Origin: an uncultured virus (IMG/VR IMGVR_UViG_3300012259_000001) | Lineage: Duplodnaviria; Heunggongvirae; Uroviricota; Caudoviricetes | Virus record (IMG/VR): IMGVR_UViG_3300012259_000001 | Coordinates: 62,001 to 126,000 of that record | Direction: 5' to 3' (one strand) | Length of the DNA: 64,000 nucleotides | In this document: positions 47,005 to 57,354 of the stretch, one piece after another | How the letters are laid out: each line of letters begins with the position of its first letter | Numbering within the stretch: position 1 is the stretch's first letter | Program-made: the position numbers and the translations under genes | Notes under the pieces: model-generated | The model's input: the letters and a program-made list of their open reading frames with translations, nothing else | Databases searched by the model: none | What the model was told of the DNA's origin: nothing

Positions 47005-47022
47005 AACGGTAACTCCAAAACG

Positions 47023-48147
47023 TTACATCTTTAAGGGGTCGATCTCAGAGTATTTGTCTGAGTTCAATGATTCAACACCAAAACTGAATCGGTTTTCATA
47101 TTCGGTGTACAACTCTTTCGGCACCCACCATTCCAACTCGTGGGTTTCTGGGTCAATGTAGGGATAACCCCGGTAGTTGAAATAGTCCAACTCGTCGGCA
47201 GAGACTTTGCGATAGTACCGTTCACGATCACTCGCTTTGCCTTTCATCTTACCGTTGAAGATAGCCACCACCGCATTGAACTCGGAGATGATAATGGGGT
47301 CGTTGTAATCAGCCCCCATGGCTTTGAATCGAATGTTGAGCTGATCGTTGTCGCCGATGTACACCCCTTCGTTAGTGAAGTTAAAGGCATTACCCAATGG
47401 GCTGTTCAACGGAAACGCAGCGCCACAACACGCAATCTTTTGAACGTACTGTCGTTTGTAATCCAGAATCAAACGGTAAATCCGAGTCTGGTAATCAACG
47501 CGACGCTCCACAATGTTCTCAGGGTATGGAACCATTACGCCTTGGTAAACCGAGGACATATAGTGGAGCCATACGAAAAACAGCAATGATATAGGGTCGC
47601 CTTCAATATTCTTGAAGGTCGCGTTGAGTTCATACGTCTCAAAGAAACGCGAGTGGCCATCAACTATACTCCAAGCTTCTTGGAATAGACCCGGTGTAGA
47701 GGTGAAAGTCTCGACACCTACATCTGGCCAACCACTGAGGGAGATCAGATTGTTGCTAAGTAGCGGTATGAAAGCGCTGTCCTGATCAATCAGCGGACAT
47801 GCCAACGGGACACCACTGCCACCTAGGGTGGGGTCATCGAACTTAGCCGGACTCCCAAGGTAAGGGTCTAGTATCATGCGAATGGCTCGCTGTAACGTAT
47901 TCACACCACCACCATTACCATCGAGTAGTGGGGTCAGGACACGGATCGGCGAGATGTTATCGTATGTTAGGTTGAGATTAGGCCGCGTAAAAAAGGTCAG
48001 GCCTACATTGTCTTTGTTGTTCGGAACAGGGTTACCATACCCACGGTGGTTAATCCCATAAAGCGTGTTCAACGCCGCTTGGGAGATATCGCCTCGACCA
48101 ACCGACCGTGAGATCTGTCCTAAGACATCCTTAATCGTTTTGCTCAT
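47023..48147 (-). CDS. virion structural protein (gp88-like)
   Basis: GLTFFTRPNLNL, SLSGWPD, DYQTRIYRL. Confidence 0.7.
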   Translation of the reverse strand: MSKTIKDVLGQISRSVGRGDISQAALNTLYGINHRGYGNPVPNNKDNVGLTFFTRPNLNLTYDNISPIRVLTPLLDGNGGGVNTLQRAIRMILDPYLGSPAKFDDPTLGGSGVPLACPLIDQDSAFIPLLSNNLISLSGWPDVGVETFTSTPGLFQEAWSIVDGHSRFFETYELNATFKNIEGDPISLLFFVWLHYMSSVYQGVMVPYPENIVERRVDYQTRIYRLILDYKRQYVQKIACCGAAFPLNSPLGNAFNFTNEGVYIGDNDQLNIRFKAMGADYNDPIIISEFNAVVAIFNGKMKGKASDRERYYRKVSADELDYFNYRGYPYIDPETHELEWWVPKELYTEYENRFSFGVESLNSDKYSEIDPLKM

Positions 48148-48173
48148 GAAACACCTTCGAAGGATTTTCAACT

Positions 48174-49331
48174 ATGATGAATGACGTCGTCACCGGTCTT
48201 GCGCTGGCCGGTAAACTGACGGAGGTTATGCGTAACAGCACCTCCGATTCGCTGATCGAGTACACCAAGCCCACCCGCGTTGAACCGCTGGTGCTGATGG
48301 ATGCTCGGGTTACCAAACTGGATGTCGCCCCAGATATCATGCAATCGCTGACGTCACTGTTCAGTGGTTATTACCTGCAGGCTGTGGCCCTGTCGGTGAA
48401 CGTGGGTCGGGTAGATGTCGTCAAACTGCTCGACAAGCTGAACCCTCAACGCAGCGTCAAAGACAACGTAGCCAACGGCATCAGTGACGGTGTGTCCCTC
48501 GTCCTGGAAGACGCCCGTTCCTACAGCTTCCGTCTCCCGGTTCCGGGCAAGCCTACTGGGCTGGAAAAGCTCGGCATTTCCATGGAAGCGGCTTCGGTGC
48601 GTGACATGGTGCGAAGTGCTGGTGCCGGTGAAGAAGTACCTGGTGGTGAAGAAACCATGGGTCTTGGTCGCGATACAGTTGCCTCGCTCCAAGACCTCAC
48701 CAACCTGTCGGTCGGTAAGATGCTCGAAGTCCACATCGAGTCCGATGGCCAAAGAGCCACCTTCCCGATCAACGTCCGCCTGATTTGCACCGGCATTGGT
48801 TCCAGTGAACTGGTTCATATCTTATCGGTCGGCAGCAAGAAAATCAGTGTCAAAGAGCGCTTCCATGCGTGGCGTGCAGGCCAACTCGAGTTCATTCGTG
48901 ACCTCGTGATGTGTCAAGACCTGATCGATGCTCACAAGAAGACCCTGGTCAAAGACAACTCGGGTCTGTACGAGGAGATCCGCAAGCGTCGCCGTGGCAA
49001 CAGCATTTCGGCAATCTTCTCGGGTCAGCCGTCGGTGGCCACTGCCTCGAACCTGATCGTGATCAGTGCACCTACCGCTACTGAACTACAACGACGTATC
49101 GGTGGTCGTCTGAGAGACGTTAAGACTCGCGACAAAATCTTCCGTGAAACCTACTGTATGATCCTCTGTGTGGTGGACCCGGATTATGAGATGGTCACGT
49201 TCTTCCATCGTGGTATCGCCATTCCTACCGAACTGTCGTTTAAGGAGCTGAAAATCTCCAACGGTAAGAAAGGTCCTGATGTGGCCGAGATCATGAAGGC
49301 CTACCAGATGGGCGCCAACCCCACGATTTGA
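48174..49331 (+). CDS. inner body/head protein (gp89-like)
   Basis: 385 aa; internal GLE and ISME protease-type sites; NLSVGKMLEV. Confidence 0.65.
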   Translation: MMNDVVTGLALAGKLTEVMRNSTSDSLIEYTKPTRVEPLVLMDARVTKLDVAPDIMQSLTSLFSGYYLQAVALSVNVGRVDVVKLLDKLNPQRSVKDNVANGISDGVSLVLEDARSYSFRLPVPGKPTGLEKLGISMEAASVRDMVRSAGAGEEVPGGEETMGLGRDTVASLQDLTNLSVGKMLEVHIESDGQRATFPINVRLICTGIGSSELVHILSVGSKKISVKERFHAWRAGQLEFIRDLVMCQDLIDAHKKTLVKDNSGLYEEIRKRRRGNSISAIFSGQPSVATASNLIVISAPTATELQRRIGGRLRDVKTRDKIFRETYCMILCVVDPDYEMVTFFHRGIAIPTELSFKELKISNGKKGPDVAEIMKAYQMGANPTI

Positions 49332-49343
49332 CCGGAGTCAACC

Positions 49344-50243
49344 ATGAAGATCCAAAAGTTCCTTTCTCTGATGCTCCCGACGTTCGAGCGCAGCCGTTTG
49401 ACCGAGGAACTCTCGGTTCTGCGCGCAGAGGTCGACGAGATCACCCTGCCTCCGTATCTCTCGGTTAAAGAGCATTACGGTCGCAGTAAGCTCCATGCCA
49501 AGCAGTGCCAGAACTACGATCGTGAGTTCGCCAAAAAGATCTCCCCCAAGCTGGCCAACGTCAACTACCTGTATGCGGTGTGCACGGTGTTGGAAGGTCT
49601 GGGTGAGCGTCTGGACACTATCGAGAAGATGGTGAACAAGGCTTTCGCACAAGACGTAGGCTCCAGCGCCATCAGCTTCACGCGTGCCAACCTGATTCAG
49701 TACCTCGAGGTGGCTTCCTTTGCTTCGCGTTACGCTCGCCGTCTGCTCCTCTGGTCGTTGAGCGAAGAACAGGCTGAAGGCAAAACTGGCTTCACGTTGC
49801 CGAAGGCTATGTCCAAAGCCGAAGAGCGTTGGGTGTGGGATAACCGCGACAACTTCGCTCAAGCTTGCCGCATCCTCTACATCCCGGCGCGTCAGTTGGA
49901 ATCGAGCTTTGCTGCGATCCCGGACATGACCGTCACTGCTGACGAAGTCCCCATGGTTGAACAAACCCTGGGTGCGACCAAGACCGACCCGCTCGGCTTT
50001 GGCTTGATCCCGGTTCGTCTGAACCCGATCTACTACGTCCGCATGGCTGTGGCTGAGTGGCAAGTCAATCGCTACAAGGCGGCGTTGGAAGAGAAACGTG
50101 CACTCGAATACCGACTGCTCGCTCTCAAAGAAGAACGTGAACCGGATGCTCGGCTCCAGCAGGAAATTGCCTACACCGAAGGGCGTCTGCAAAAGCTGAA
50201 CAAGAAGGTGATGGACATGGAGAGCGACTACTATGACAATTAA
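49344..50243 (+). CDS. inner body/head protein (gp90-like)
   Basis: 299 aa; NPIYYVRM and C-terminal coiled coil. Confidence 0.65.
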   Translation: MKIQKFLSLMLPTFERSRLTEELSVLRAEVDEITLPPYLSVKEHYGRSKLHAKQCQNYDREFAKKISPKLANVNYLYAVCTVLEGLGERLDTIEKMVNKAFAQDVGSSAISFTRANLIQYLEVASFASRYARRLLLWSLSEEQAEGKTGFTLPKAMSKAEERWVWDNRDNFAQACRILYIPARQLESSFAAIPDMTVTADEVPMVEQTLGATKTDPLGFGLIPVRLNPIYYVRMAVAEWQVNRYKAALEEKRALEYRLLALKEEREPDARLQQEIAYTEGRLQKLNKKVMDMESDYYDN

Positions 50244-50805
50244 GTTGTCGGGCGCTCTTTACCCACGTGGCTTTCTCGTGGCTAATGGTGCAGGTGGTGT
50301 TGTCACCACACCCGGCAGCCGTGACGTAGATCGCGTGATGGACCTCACCCTCACCGGGCGTGCCAACACCCAAGGGTTTTCCTTCTATCGGGAAGTCTTC
50401 CCAATAGCTATGGAGTTCTTTGGTAATTTCTCCCAGTTCCTCCACACTCAGAAAAATAACCCGTTCCTCTACGGTTATAACTATGAGTTTCTGCTGGATA
50501 CGCTGAAGTTCATCCAGACTGGATGCCGCAAGGTCTCCATTCACAACTGGAAGCCTTTGCTGGCTGAATGGGCCGAACCCCGTTCTGAGCACAAGCAGCG
50601 CGCTAGTAGTGGCCAGCTGGGTGATGTCTTTAAACCATTCATGGGTCGCCCAGGAGCCGAGGTCGTTGCCCTCTGGTGTTCCCACCCGAATGGTTTTGAA
50701 GATATGGTTATGACGATCTGGTTGATGTTTGGCTCTTCTTTTGAGCAAGACACCACGGAATCGACAGCCAATCGGATCAAAAAGCTCAACCAGCTTTTCG
50801 CTTAA
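50233..50805 (+). CDS. putative virion protein (gp91-like)
   Basis: 190 aa; LYPRGF; overlaps the upstream gene. Confidence 0.6.
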   Translation: MTIKLSGALYPRGFLVANGAGGVVTTPGSRDVDRVMDLTLTGRANTQGFSFYREVFPIAMEFFGNFSQFLHTQKNNPFLYGYNYEFLLDTLKFIQTGCRKVSIHNWKPLLAEWAEPRSEHKQRASSGQLGDVFKPFMGRPGAEVVALWCSHPNGFEDMVMTIWLMFGSSFEQDTTESTANRIKKLNQLFA

Positions 50806-50891
50806 ACATTTTTCGCACAATCAGTGTATTGTATGCACAAGTGCGCAAAACCTAGTCGCATGACTATCCTTAACGTTACGGAGTTTTACTC

Positions 50892-52181
50892 ATGAGTCTG
50901 AAGCAACTGTTCATCTCCATGGAAGATGAAGCCACCAACGAAACCGAGCTGGTCGTTTCTGCCGACGATACCCTCGAAATCGAAATCGCTGACGCTGCCG
51001 AAGCTGAAGGCGAAGTCGAAGAGCAAGGCGACAACGTCGAAGAGCTGGGCGAAATCTCTGAAGGTCTGGAAAGCATCCTGATCTCCATGGAAAGCGCCAT
51101 GCAAGACGGCGGCCTGAACCCGCAAGCAGCCCTGTTCATGCAGCACGCTGTTCAAGCTCACGTTGGTCGTCTGGGCCTCGAAGCCTCCGACGTTACCCCG
51201 TCGATGGAATCCTTCGGCGGTGCCTCCGGTCAAGCTGCTGCCACCACCATCTCCATGGAAGGCATCGGCGAAACCCTGAAGAAAATCTGGCTGGCCATCA
51301 AGAACGCCGTCTCCAAGGCAATCCAGGCCATCAAGAACTTCTTCGCCAAGATCTTCGGTGGCGTCTCCAAGCTGAAGACTCGCTCCGACGCTCTGAAGAA
51401 GGCCGTCAGCGATCTGACCGAAGAGAAAGGCGACAAGATCAAGGTCCCGAACGCCAACACCCTGCGCTACAAGGGCAAAGCTGACATCAGTTCCGTGATC
51501 GCCGGTCTGGAAGCCACTCACAAAATCGCCGGCGAGCACATGGAGAACCTCTCCAAGTCCGCTGCTGAGTTCTACGCCGTCCGCGTACCGCGTCTGCTTG
51601 AGCGTGCCGAGACCAACGATTTCGCCAAGGCCGCTCTGGAAAACGAATTGCTGGACGCCAGCAAGCAGTTCACCGACGTTGCTCAGAAGACCGTCAGCGT
51701 AACTTCTCCGATGTCCGGCGACGCCGTAATGCGCATGGAAGAATCTTCCAGCGTTGAAAAAGGCACCGACGGCAACCTGAAGGCTCCGAAGCTGGTCAAA
51801 GGCTACGCGTTCAAGGCCCTGGACGATTCGGGTACCGAAGTAGCTGCTCCTTCGAAGGCTGAAATGCAGAAGATTCTTGGCGCTTGCGACAAGATGATCG
51901 CTCAGCTGGAAGAGAAGAAGAAGTCCCTCGAGAAGCTGACCGAAGCTCGCGAAAAAGCGATGAAGGAAAGCGAGAAGAAGGTCGAAGGCTGGACCAAGAA
52001 GATCAAGGAAAGCGCCAAGCAAGCCGGTGCCTCCATGATCATGCGTAAGGCCAACCTCGACCTCGGTCGTGGCGTCAACGCGATCTACTCCCACGAGTTC
52101 AACGTCGTTCGCGCGGCTCTGGCTCTGGTTGATCGCGGCGTTGCAGCTCACAAGGCTGGCCCGGCTAAAGAGAAGAAGTAA
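50892..52181 (+). CDS. abundant internal head protein (gp93-family)
   Basis: Very strong codon bias; acidic propeptide with repeated SME/GLE sites; TATG late-type motif upstream (50832). Confidence 0.75.
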   Translation: MSLKQLFISMEDEATNETELVVSADDTLEIEIADAAEAEGEVEEQGDNVEELGEISEGLESILISMESAMQDGGLNPQAALFMQHAVQAHVGRLGLEASDVTPSMESFGGASGQAAATTISMEGIGETLKKIWLAIKNAVSKAIQAIKNFFAKIFGGVSKLKTRSDALKKAVSDLTEEKGDKIKVPNANTLRYKGKADISSVIAGLEATHKIAGEHMENLSKSAAEFYAVRVPRLLERAETNDFAKAALENELLDASKQFTDVAQKTVSVTSPMSGDAVMRMEESSSVEKGTDGNLKAPKLVKGYAFKALDDSGTEVAAPSKAEMQKILGACDKMIAQLEEKKKSLEKLTEAREKAMKESEKKVEGWTKKIKESAKQAGASMIMRKANLDLGRGVNAIYSHEFNVVRAALALVDRGVAAHKAGPAKEKK

Positions 52182-52204
52182 TTCTCTCTGAAACCTGGTG
52201 TCTG

Positions 52205-52240
52205 TAAAAGCCCATCCTTCGGGATGGGCTTTTATGCCGC
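52205..52240 (+). terminator. intrinsic terminator + TATGCCG
   Basis: AAAAGCCCATCC-TTCG-GGATGGGCTTTT-ATGCCG. Confidence 0.8.
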
Positions 52241-52259
52241 CTATACCCAAAGACGAAAT

Positions 52260-52295
52260 AAAAAAATCTCAAGTCTATATTACTCAGGTGAATAG
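52260..52295 (+). promoter_or_regulatory. early promoter
   Basis: AAAAAAATCTCAAGTC-TATATTAC(52276-52283)-TCAGGTGAAT; near copy of 35256-35289. Confidence 0.75.
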
Positions 52296-52341
52296 GATAC
52301 AATAACGTATCCACTATCCCCGTAATCTCAGGAGATTCACC

Positions 52342-53244
52342 ATGAAAGTTAACAACATCAATGTGATCAAAGCCGTCGTTCAACTGATGGACAAAGGCGG
52401 TCGCCTCGCTGACGAACTCTACGCCGGCATGGCCACTGACAAGGAAGAGCGTATCTTCCTGATAAGCGATTACAACTACCCGGTCAACATCACAGTGGAC
52501 GATAAAGGCGAAATCACTTTCACCAGTGAACGCTTGAAGGGGGCTGTGAAATTCGAGCCGGGTCACGACCTTCCGGTCAAGGACGCATTCGCCATCTACT
52601 GCGAGAAGATGGGTCTGATCAATCCACTGTTCTTCCATTGCAGCATGATGGAAAAGGCGATCGTCATGGCCAGCTTCAACAACATGATCCGTCAGTACGA
52701 CGCCAAAGGCGGTAACGTCTCTGGTGAAGAACTGATCAGCAGTGCTCTGGCTGCCACTATGTCCAACTTCGATCAGGCCATCAAGCAGGTTGATCCTGAC
52801 ATGGTGTCTGATGAAGACAGTTTGGTTCAGGCTATGATCGCCGCCGGGATGACTCCGGTTCGTGAGCAACAGGCCCCAATCCCAACCGAAACCGTTACAG
52901 CTCAGCCAACAGATTTGGAGAACACCGTGAAAAAGATCGAAGCACTTCCCGTTAAACAAACCCAACCAGTTCAAGCAGAAAACCACTACGACCTCTTGGT
53001 AGGTGCTGCTGATACTGATCGCGCTGAAAAGCTGATCGACATTCTGAAAAACGGCGGCCAACTCAACAACCAAGAGCAAGAGCTTCTGGTCCAGTTGGAA
53101 AGCATCGTTGGTAAAACCAAAGCGCGCAAAGAGCGCTTGACTGAAACCCTGAATGACAAATCCACTATTGTGGCAAACAGTGTGGGTCGGTTGTTGAAGA
53201 GCCACCTGGTTCCTTACGGGTTGCACAAGCGTCACCTGGCCTAA
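52342..53244 (+). CDS. hypothetical early protein
   Basis: 300 aa, AGGAG SD, own promoter and terminator. Confidence 0.75.
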   Translation: MKVNNINVIKAVVQLMDKGGRLADELYAGMATDKEERIFLISDYNYPVNITVDDKGEITFTSERLKGAVKFEPGHDLPVKDAFAIYCEKMGLINPLFFHCSMMEKAIVMASFNNMIRQYDAKGGNVSGEELISSALAATMSNFDQAIKQVDPDMVSDEDSLVQAMIAAGMTPVREQQAPIPTETVTAQPTDLENTVKKIEALPVKQTQPVQAENHYDLLVGAADTDRAEKLIDILKNGGQLNNQEQELLVQLESIVGKTKARKERLTETLNDKSTIVANSVGRLLKSHLVPYGLHKRHLA

Positions 53245-53287
53245 CGGCATAAAGTGAAAGAGGGGCCTTCGGGCCTCTTTTTTTTTT
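53245..53287 (+). terminator. intrinsic terminator
   Basis: GGCATAAAG..AAAGAGGGGCC-TTCG-GGCCTCTTT followed by a T tract. Confidence 0.7.
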
Positions 53288-53338
53288 ACATTGTTTAGTG
53301 ATACTATAGACAACCCACCACTAATGGAAGTAGTCGAT

Positions 53339-53755
53339 ATGAGTAATAAAACCCTTCACCGCCATCTGGTTATCTTTGGTGACCATAAAGAGTCCCTAGT
53401 AGTTGAAGCCGTAGATCAACCAGGACCAGGTAATGCTAACCATCACTACACCATCACTGGTTTTGATACTAAATCCAATCCCAGTAATAGTAACGCTGAA
53501 GGCTATGTTTCCAGTTTCAGTAGACTGCCAGTAATTTTCCAACACGGTACTGTACCAGAATGCGGTGAGAACGGCATCACCATAGAAGCACTGTTGGCAA
53601 TCTGCGAACACCGTTTGTCTGGTTTCCAGTCAGGACCATACTCCAACAACTATAATGCAGAAGCACTGCTACACGTGGGCAAAGCTTTGGATGCCCTTAA
53701 ACAAAGGACCCTGGACCGACTGGTTCGACAAGTCGAAGGTCTCGAGAAAGCATAA
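53339..53755 (+). CDS. tad1: Tad1-like cyclic-nucleotide sponge (anti-Thoeris/anti-CBASS)
   Basis: GPGNANHHY, IFQHG, NGIT.EALLAI..HRLSGFQSGPY...NAEALLH..AL...RTLDR..R.VEG follows the Tad1 pattern as recalled. Confidence 0.8.
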   Translation: MSNKTLHRHLVIFGDHKESLVVEAVDQPGPGNANHHYTITGFDTKSNPSNSNAEGYVSSFSRLPVIFQHGTVPECGENGITIEALLAICEHRLSGFQSGPYSNNYNAEALLHVGKALDALKQRTLDRLVRQVEGLEKA

Positions 53756-53849
53756 GTAAGGAGGGGGGGTTAGCCCCTCCTCCTATGCCGCGTATGGTAT
53801 GGCTTAGACTAAACGTGTGGTTGACACTACACAACCCAAGGAGTTAACC

Positions 53850-55370
53850 ATGCCCAACATTGTTTCTGAGATCCCCGAGACGTATAACTCGGTGACTCGT
53901 CCGGTATGTGTTCAAATGATCAAAGACCTGGTGGCTTATATGGGGTTGCCGAAAGACACCGGGATCGATTATTACGGCGTTACTGAAGCACAATACCAAT
54001 CGGCCAGCCCCATGGACCCCACTGCTGAAAACAAGTACGGTTTCACTGGACGGGTTTATGTAGAAGTGGAGGAGGAGTATATTGAAGAACGTACCCTCAC
54101 CACCGCGGTTCGTAAACCGAACGAGCAGTTCATTTTCTCAGACCCGGCACTGGGCATTCACATCAAACCCGTCTATGTACGGACAGAAGTCGCGATCAGT
54201 TTCCGCTACCGAGCACCAGATCGCACCAGTGCCCTGCGGTGGCGAGATCGCATGCGTCTGAAGGTCTCTGAAGGCCAACAGGAACTCTTACACGAGTTCG
54301 ACTACCACTACCCCCTCCCTAAGGCCGAACTACTCATCTTGCGCGAACTGTGGCGAATGAGAGAAGCCGAGCACGGTTATGGAGAAGATCTGAAATCGTA
54401 CCTACGAGCACACTTCAGTCCTCGGGTAGTTTCGGTTACTAACCAAGCGGGGCGCGGTGCACTGTTGTCCATGGCTGAACGTCAGGTAGGGGTCATCGGC
54501 TGGTTTGACTTTATGGCACAACCCGACAAAGGCGGTGCTGCGAGTGAAGGGGCTCCTTGGGAGATCGGATTCGAATACCGATTCCAGTACGACAAGCCCG
54601 TGGCCTGTGCGATGCGGTATCCGATTGTTGTCCACAATCAGGTGGTGGATCAGAAGTACCGTCAAGAGAAATTGACCTACGAACTGGTCAACGTCGCCCG
54701 CCGACCAAACGATGAACGTCGTCACTTGGACAAGTTCACACGTCTGTACACCGATGTACTCTATCCCTTCAAAGGGGTACGCATTCCGGAGTACGATGAC
54801 TGGGTTGCTACTACCCAGTTTAAGAACATGTACCCGGTGCTGACTTTGTTGATGGGCGTCAATCCTGAAGACCCTCGTGAATTGTTCAGTCTTAAGGAGT
54901 TGGGTACACACGAGTTCACACCACAAGTTCTGGCGTTTCTGTCAGACGAGTGTCGATACCTACACCTGCCTGCACAGACTGTTTTCAACCTCCATTTGTT
55001 CCATGGTGACACCCGAATGGAGGAGACGGTTTTGACAGTGGATGCCGATCTGAATGTGCGAACCACAGTTGACCTCGATCCTCGTAAAATGTACCACGTG
55101 GTGATGACTATCTGTGATCTTAAGATCCTGAGTCCTCAGACGTTGGAACGTTTGCGTCAACATGGTCAAGTGGCGCTGGATTTGGTCAAGGTACTTTACC
55201 CTCAAAAGCCCATCGACCCCAAAGACACTAAACTGCTCGGCGATAAATTACTACCCCGTAAGACGCTTCAACAACTCCTTGATCGCACCAGTCGACAAGC
55301 AACGATGCGGACTGTGGGTAGTTACAGCATCATCGTCCGACCGAAGGAAGATCTCCATGCCGATTCTTAA
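53850..55370 (+). CDS. virion structural protein
   Basis: ~506 aa, AAGGAG SD, TATGGTATG upstream; positional gp98-like. Confidence 0.65.
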   Translation: MPNIVSEIPETYNSVTRPVCVQMIKDLVAYMGLPKDTGIDYYGVTEAQYQSASPMDPTAENKYGFTGRVYVEVEEEYIEERTLTTAVRKPNEQFIFSDPALGIHIKPVYVRTEVAISFRYRAPDRTSALRWRDRMRLKVSEGQQELLHEFDYHYPLPKAELLILRELWRMREAEHGYGEDLKSYLRAHFSPRVVSVTNQAGRGALLSMAERQVGVIGWFDFMAQPDKGGAASEGAPWEIGFEYRFQYDKPVACAMRYPIVVHNQVVDQKYRQEKLTYELVNVARRPNDERRHLDKFTRLYTDVLYPFKGVRIPEYDDWVATTQFKNMYPVLTLLMGVNPEDPRELFSLKELGTHEFTPQVLAFLSDECRYLHLPAQTVFNLHLFHGDTRMEETVLTVDADLNVRTTVDLDPRKMYHVVMTICDLKILSPQTLERLRQHGQVALDLVKVLYPQKPIDPKDTKLLGDKLLPRKTLQQLLDRTSRQATMRTVGSYSIIVRPKEDLHADS

Positions 55371-56766
55371 TCCCAAAGCGCCAGCACCCGCTCCAGAGAA
55401 AAACCTGGGCCATGCCGTTGCGCCTGAAATTCAAAGTAACGTGGTCGATACCCGGTACCAACCCCATAAGTCGCTGTTGGCGTACGTGGAAGGGGCTAGC
55501 TGGATTGTCAACTACTATAGTCAAATCTTAGGTAAAGACGATGAGGTCTCTGATCTCCAAGTCAACCAAGAGGCGGCCTATCAACAATACCGTTTGGTAA
55601 AGCTTCTGGAACTCAAGGTTACCGGCGAGCTTTCCCAAAGCCAAGATGCCAATACCCGCACGTGGGAAGTGACTGGTGAAGCCACTGTCTACGCAGGAGT
55701 GATTCCTAACGTAGGTGACGCATTCATTGCAGACATCGGCGACGGTAAAGAAGGCCTCTTTACCGTTACGGCTTCTGAGAAGAAGTCTCGTCTTCATGAT
55801 GCGGTGTACACCATCTCGTACAAAATGCGTTCTGAGATGGATGACTTGCATCGACGTGACCTCGACAGTAAGGTTGTGGTGGAACAGGTGTTTGTTAGAA
55901 ACACCCTCCAAACCAATCGTAATGCCACCCTGGTCACTACCGAGTTCGAACAACTGGCCAAAATCGAGGCAGGTTACAAACACTTGGTGATGCATTACTT
56001 CCGAGACTTCTTCAACATCGAACACCAAACGTTATTGGTGCCCGATCAACCCGAGAAGCTGTACGACCCCTTCTTGGTCAGTGGGGTGTTGTCCACGGTT
56101 GAGCAGAGTGAACACCCGCTGATCTACCGGATCAAGGTGTTGAACGTTGAACGCGATCCGGCTTTTAAGGAAGTTAACCTGTGGCAGTGTTTGGCGCAGA
56201 ACAACGTGGATCTGTTGACCATGGCTTTTTATCAAGCCGGGGTGGCACCACGCGAACGCTTCAACGAACACCCCCAGTTCAATGGGTTCTATTACAGCGG
56301 TATTGAATCGATTGTCTACCCCACCGACAAAGCCAATCTTAAGGTGGTAGATTCGACACGCAGTGATCGGACTGATTACCAAGGATTGAACTACGGGTGT
56401 GAATACGTAGACCCACTGATACCTGAACGTATTGTGGGAGGTTCTCGTCGCAGCAACGACCTGAACAAGATCCTTCAAGCCAGCGCCAACCTTGCAGGCT
56501 TTGAAAAGGGATCGGGTAGTGAGCCGGTGTTGATTCATCCGGTGACCATTGATGACTTCTACGTCCTCAGTCGGGCATTCTACTACCAAGAACAAGGTCA
56601 ATCCGTGTTGGAGTTGGTGACGCGCAATACCTTGGAAGGCAAGCCTGTGGATAAAGCCGATCTGTTACGATTGGTAGAGTCTGCTAAGACTTGGCCCAAC
56701 CTTGAGCGCTTCTACTACATCCCACTGGTGTTGATCCTCATCAAGTACGCCATGGCAGATTACTAA
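55357..56766 (+). CDS. virion structural protein
   Basis: ~469 aa; YVEGASWIVNYY, PNVGDAFIADIGDG, ERFYYIP; positional gp99-like. Confidence 0.65.
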   Translation: MPILNPKAPAPAPEKNLGHAVAPEIQSNVVDTRYQPHKSLLAYVEGASWIVNYYSQILGKDDEVSDLQVNQEAAYQQYRLVKLLELKVTGELSQSQDANTRTWEVTGEATVYAGVIPNVGDAFIADIGDGKEGLFTVTASEKKSRLHDAVYTISYKMRSEMDDLHRRDLDSKVVVEQVFVRNTLQTNRNATLVTTEFEQLAKIEAGYKHLVMHYFRDFFNIEHQTLLVPDQPEKLYDPFLVSGVLSTVEQSEHPLIYRIKVLNVERDPAFKEVNLWQCLAQNNVDLLTMAFYQAGVAPRERFNEHPQFNGFYYSGIESIVYPTDKANLKVVDSTRSDRTDYQGLNYGCEYVDPLIPERIVGGSRRSNDLNKILQASANLAGFEKGSGSEPVLIHPVTIDDFYVLSRAFYYQEQGQSVLELVTRNTLEGKPVDKADLLRLVESAKTWPNLERFYYIPLVLILIKYAMADY

Positions 56767-57354
56767 ATGATCATCGAAAAACCTGGGCACACCCCCGCCG
56801 AAAAGATCTTCAAATACTACGTCGATTGCATGATCCCACAGCTGTATCTGATCGACCAATCGTTTGCCGAACACTTCGGCCTGCACACCTCGATGGATGA
56901 TGCTGTGGACAACGGACGTATGAACGCTCCTGTTCCTGCGCGTCTGACGGTTGCGCAGATGGCGGATAAAGCCCGCCAGGGTGCCCAGATTGCACTGATC
57001 AACCCCGATGATTCCAAACAGATCTATGAATGGATTCGGGACCACATCAGTGACTGGCACGATGCTCTGTTGTTAGACCCCAACCGTCGCGATGCACCGG
57101 TAGAGGATCTGGCCACCTTGGAAGAGTTCGCCGAACAGCTCTTCCCCATGGCTCGGATGTACATGGAAACCCAACCGACCAATTCCAAGCTGTTCAATGC
57201 TCTGGATCGACTCAACAGTCGTCGTGGTGTTCGTCGACGTGCGTCCCAAGAGCAGGCCGAGATGCCAAAAGTGGATTATACCCACAATGCGCTGGCGCAC
57301 GCTATTACGGACATGGTCGATAAACGCGGAGGTAAGGACAGTGCTGGAGAATAG
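56767..57354 (+). CDS. conserved hypothetical protein
   Basis: 195 aa, abuts the upstream stop. Confidence 0.65.
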   Translation: MIIEKPGHTPAEKIFKYYVDCMIPQLYLIDQSFAEHFGLHTSMDDAVDNGRMNAPVPARLTVAQMADKARQGAQIALINPDDSKQIYEWIRDHISDWHDALLLDPNRRDAPVEDLATLEEFAEQLFPMARMYMETQPTNSKLFNALDRLNSRRGVRRRASQEQAEMPKVDYTHNALAHAITDMVDKRGGKDSAGE

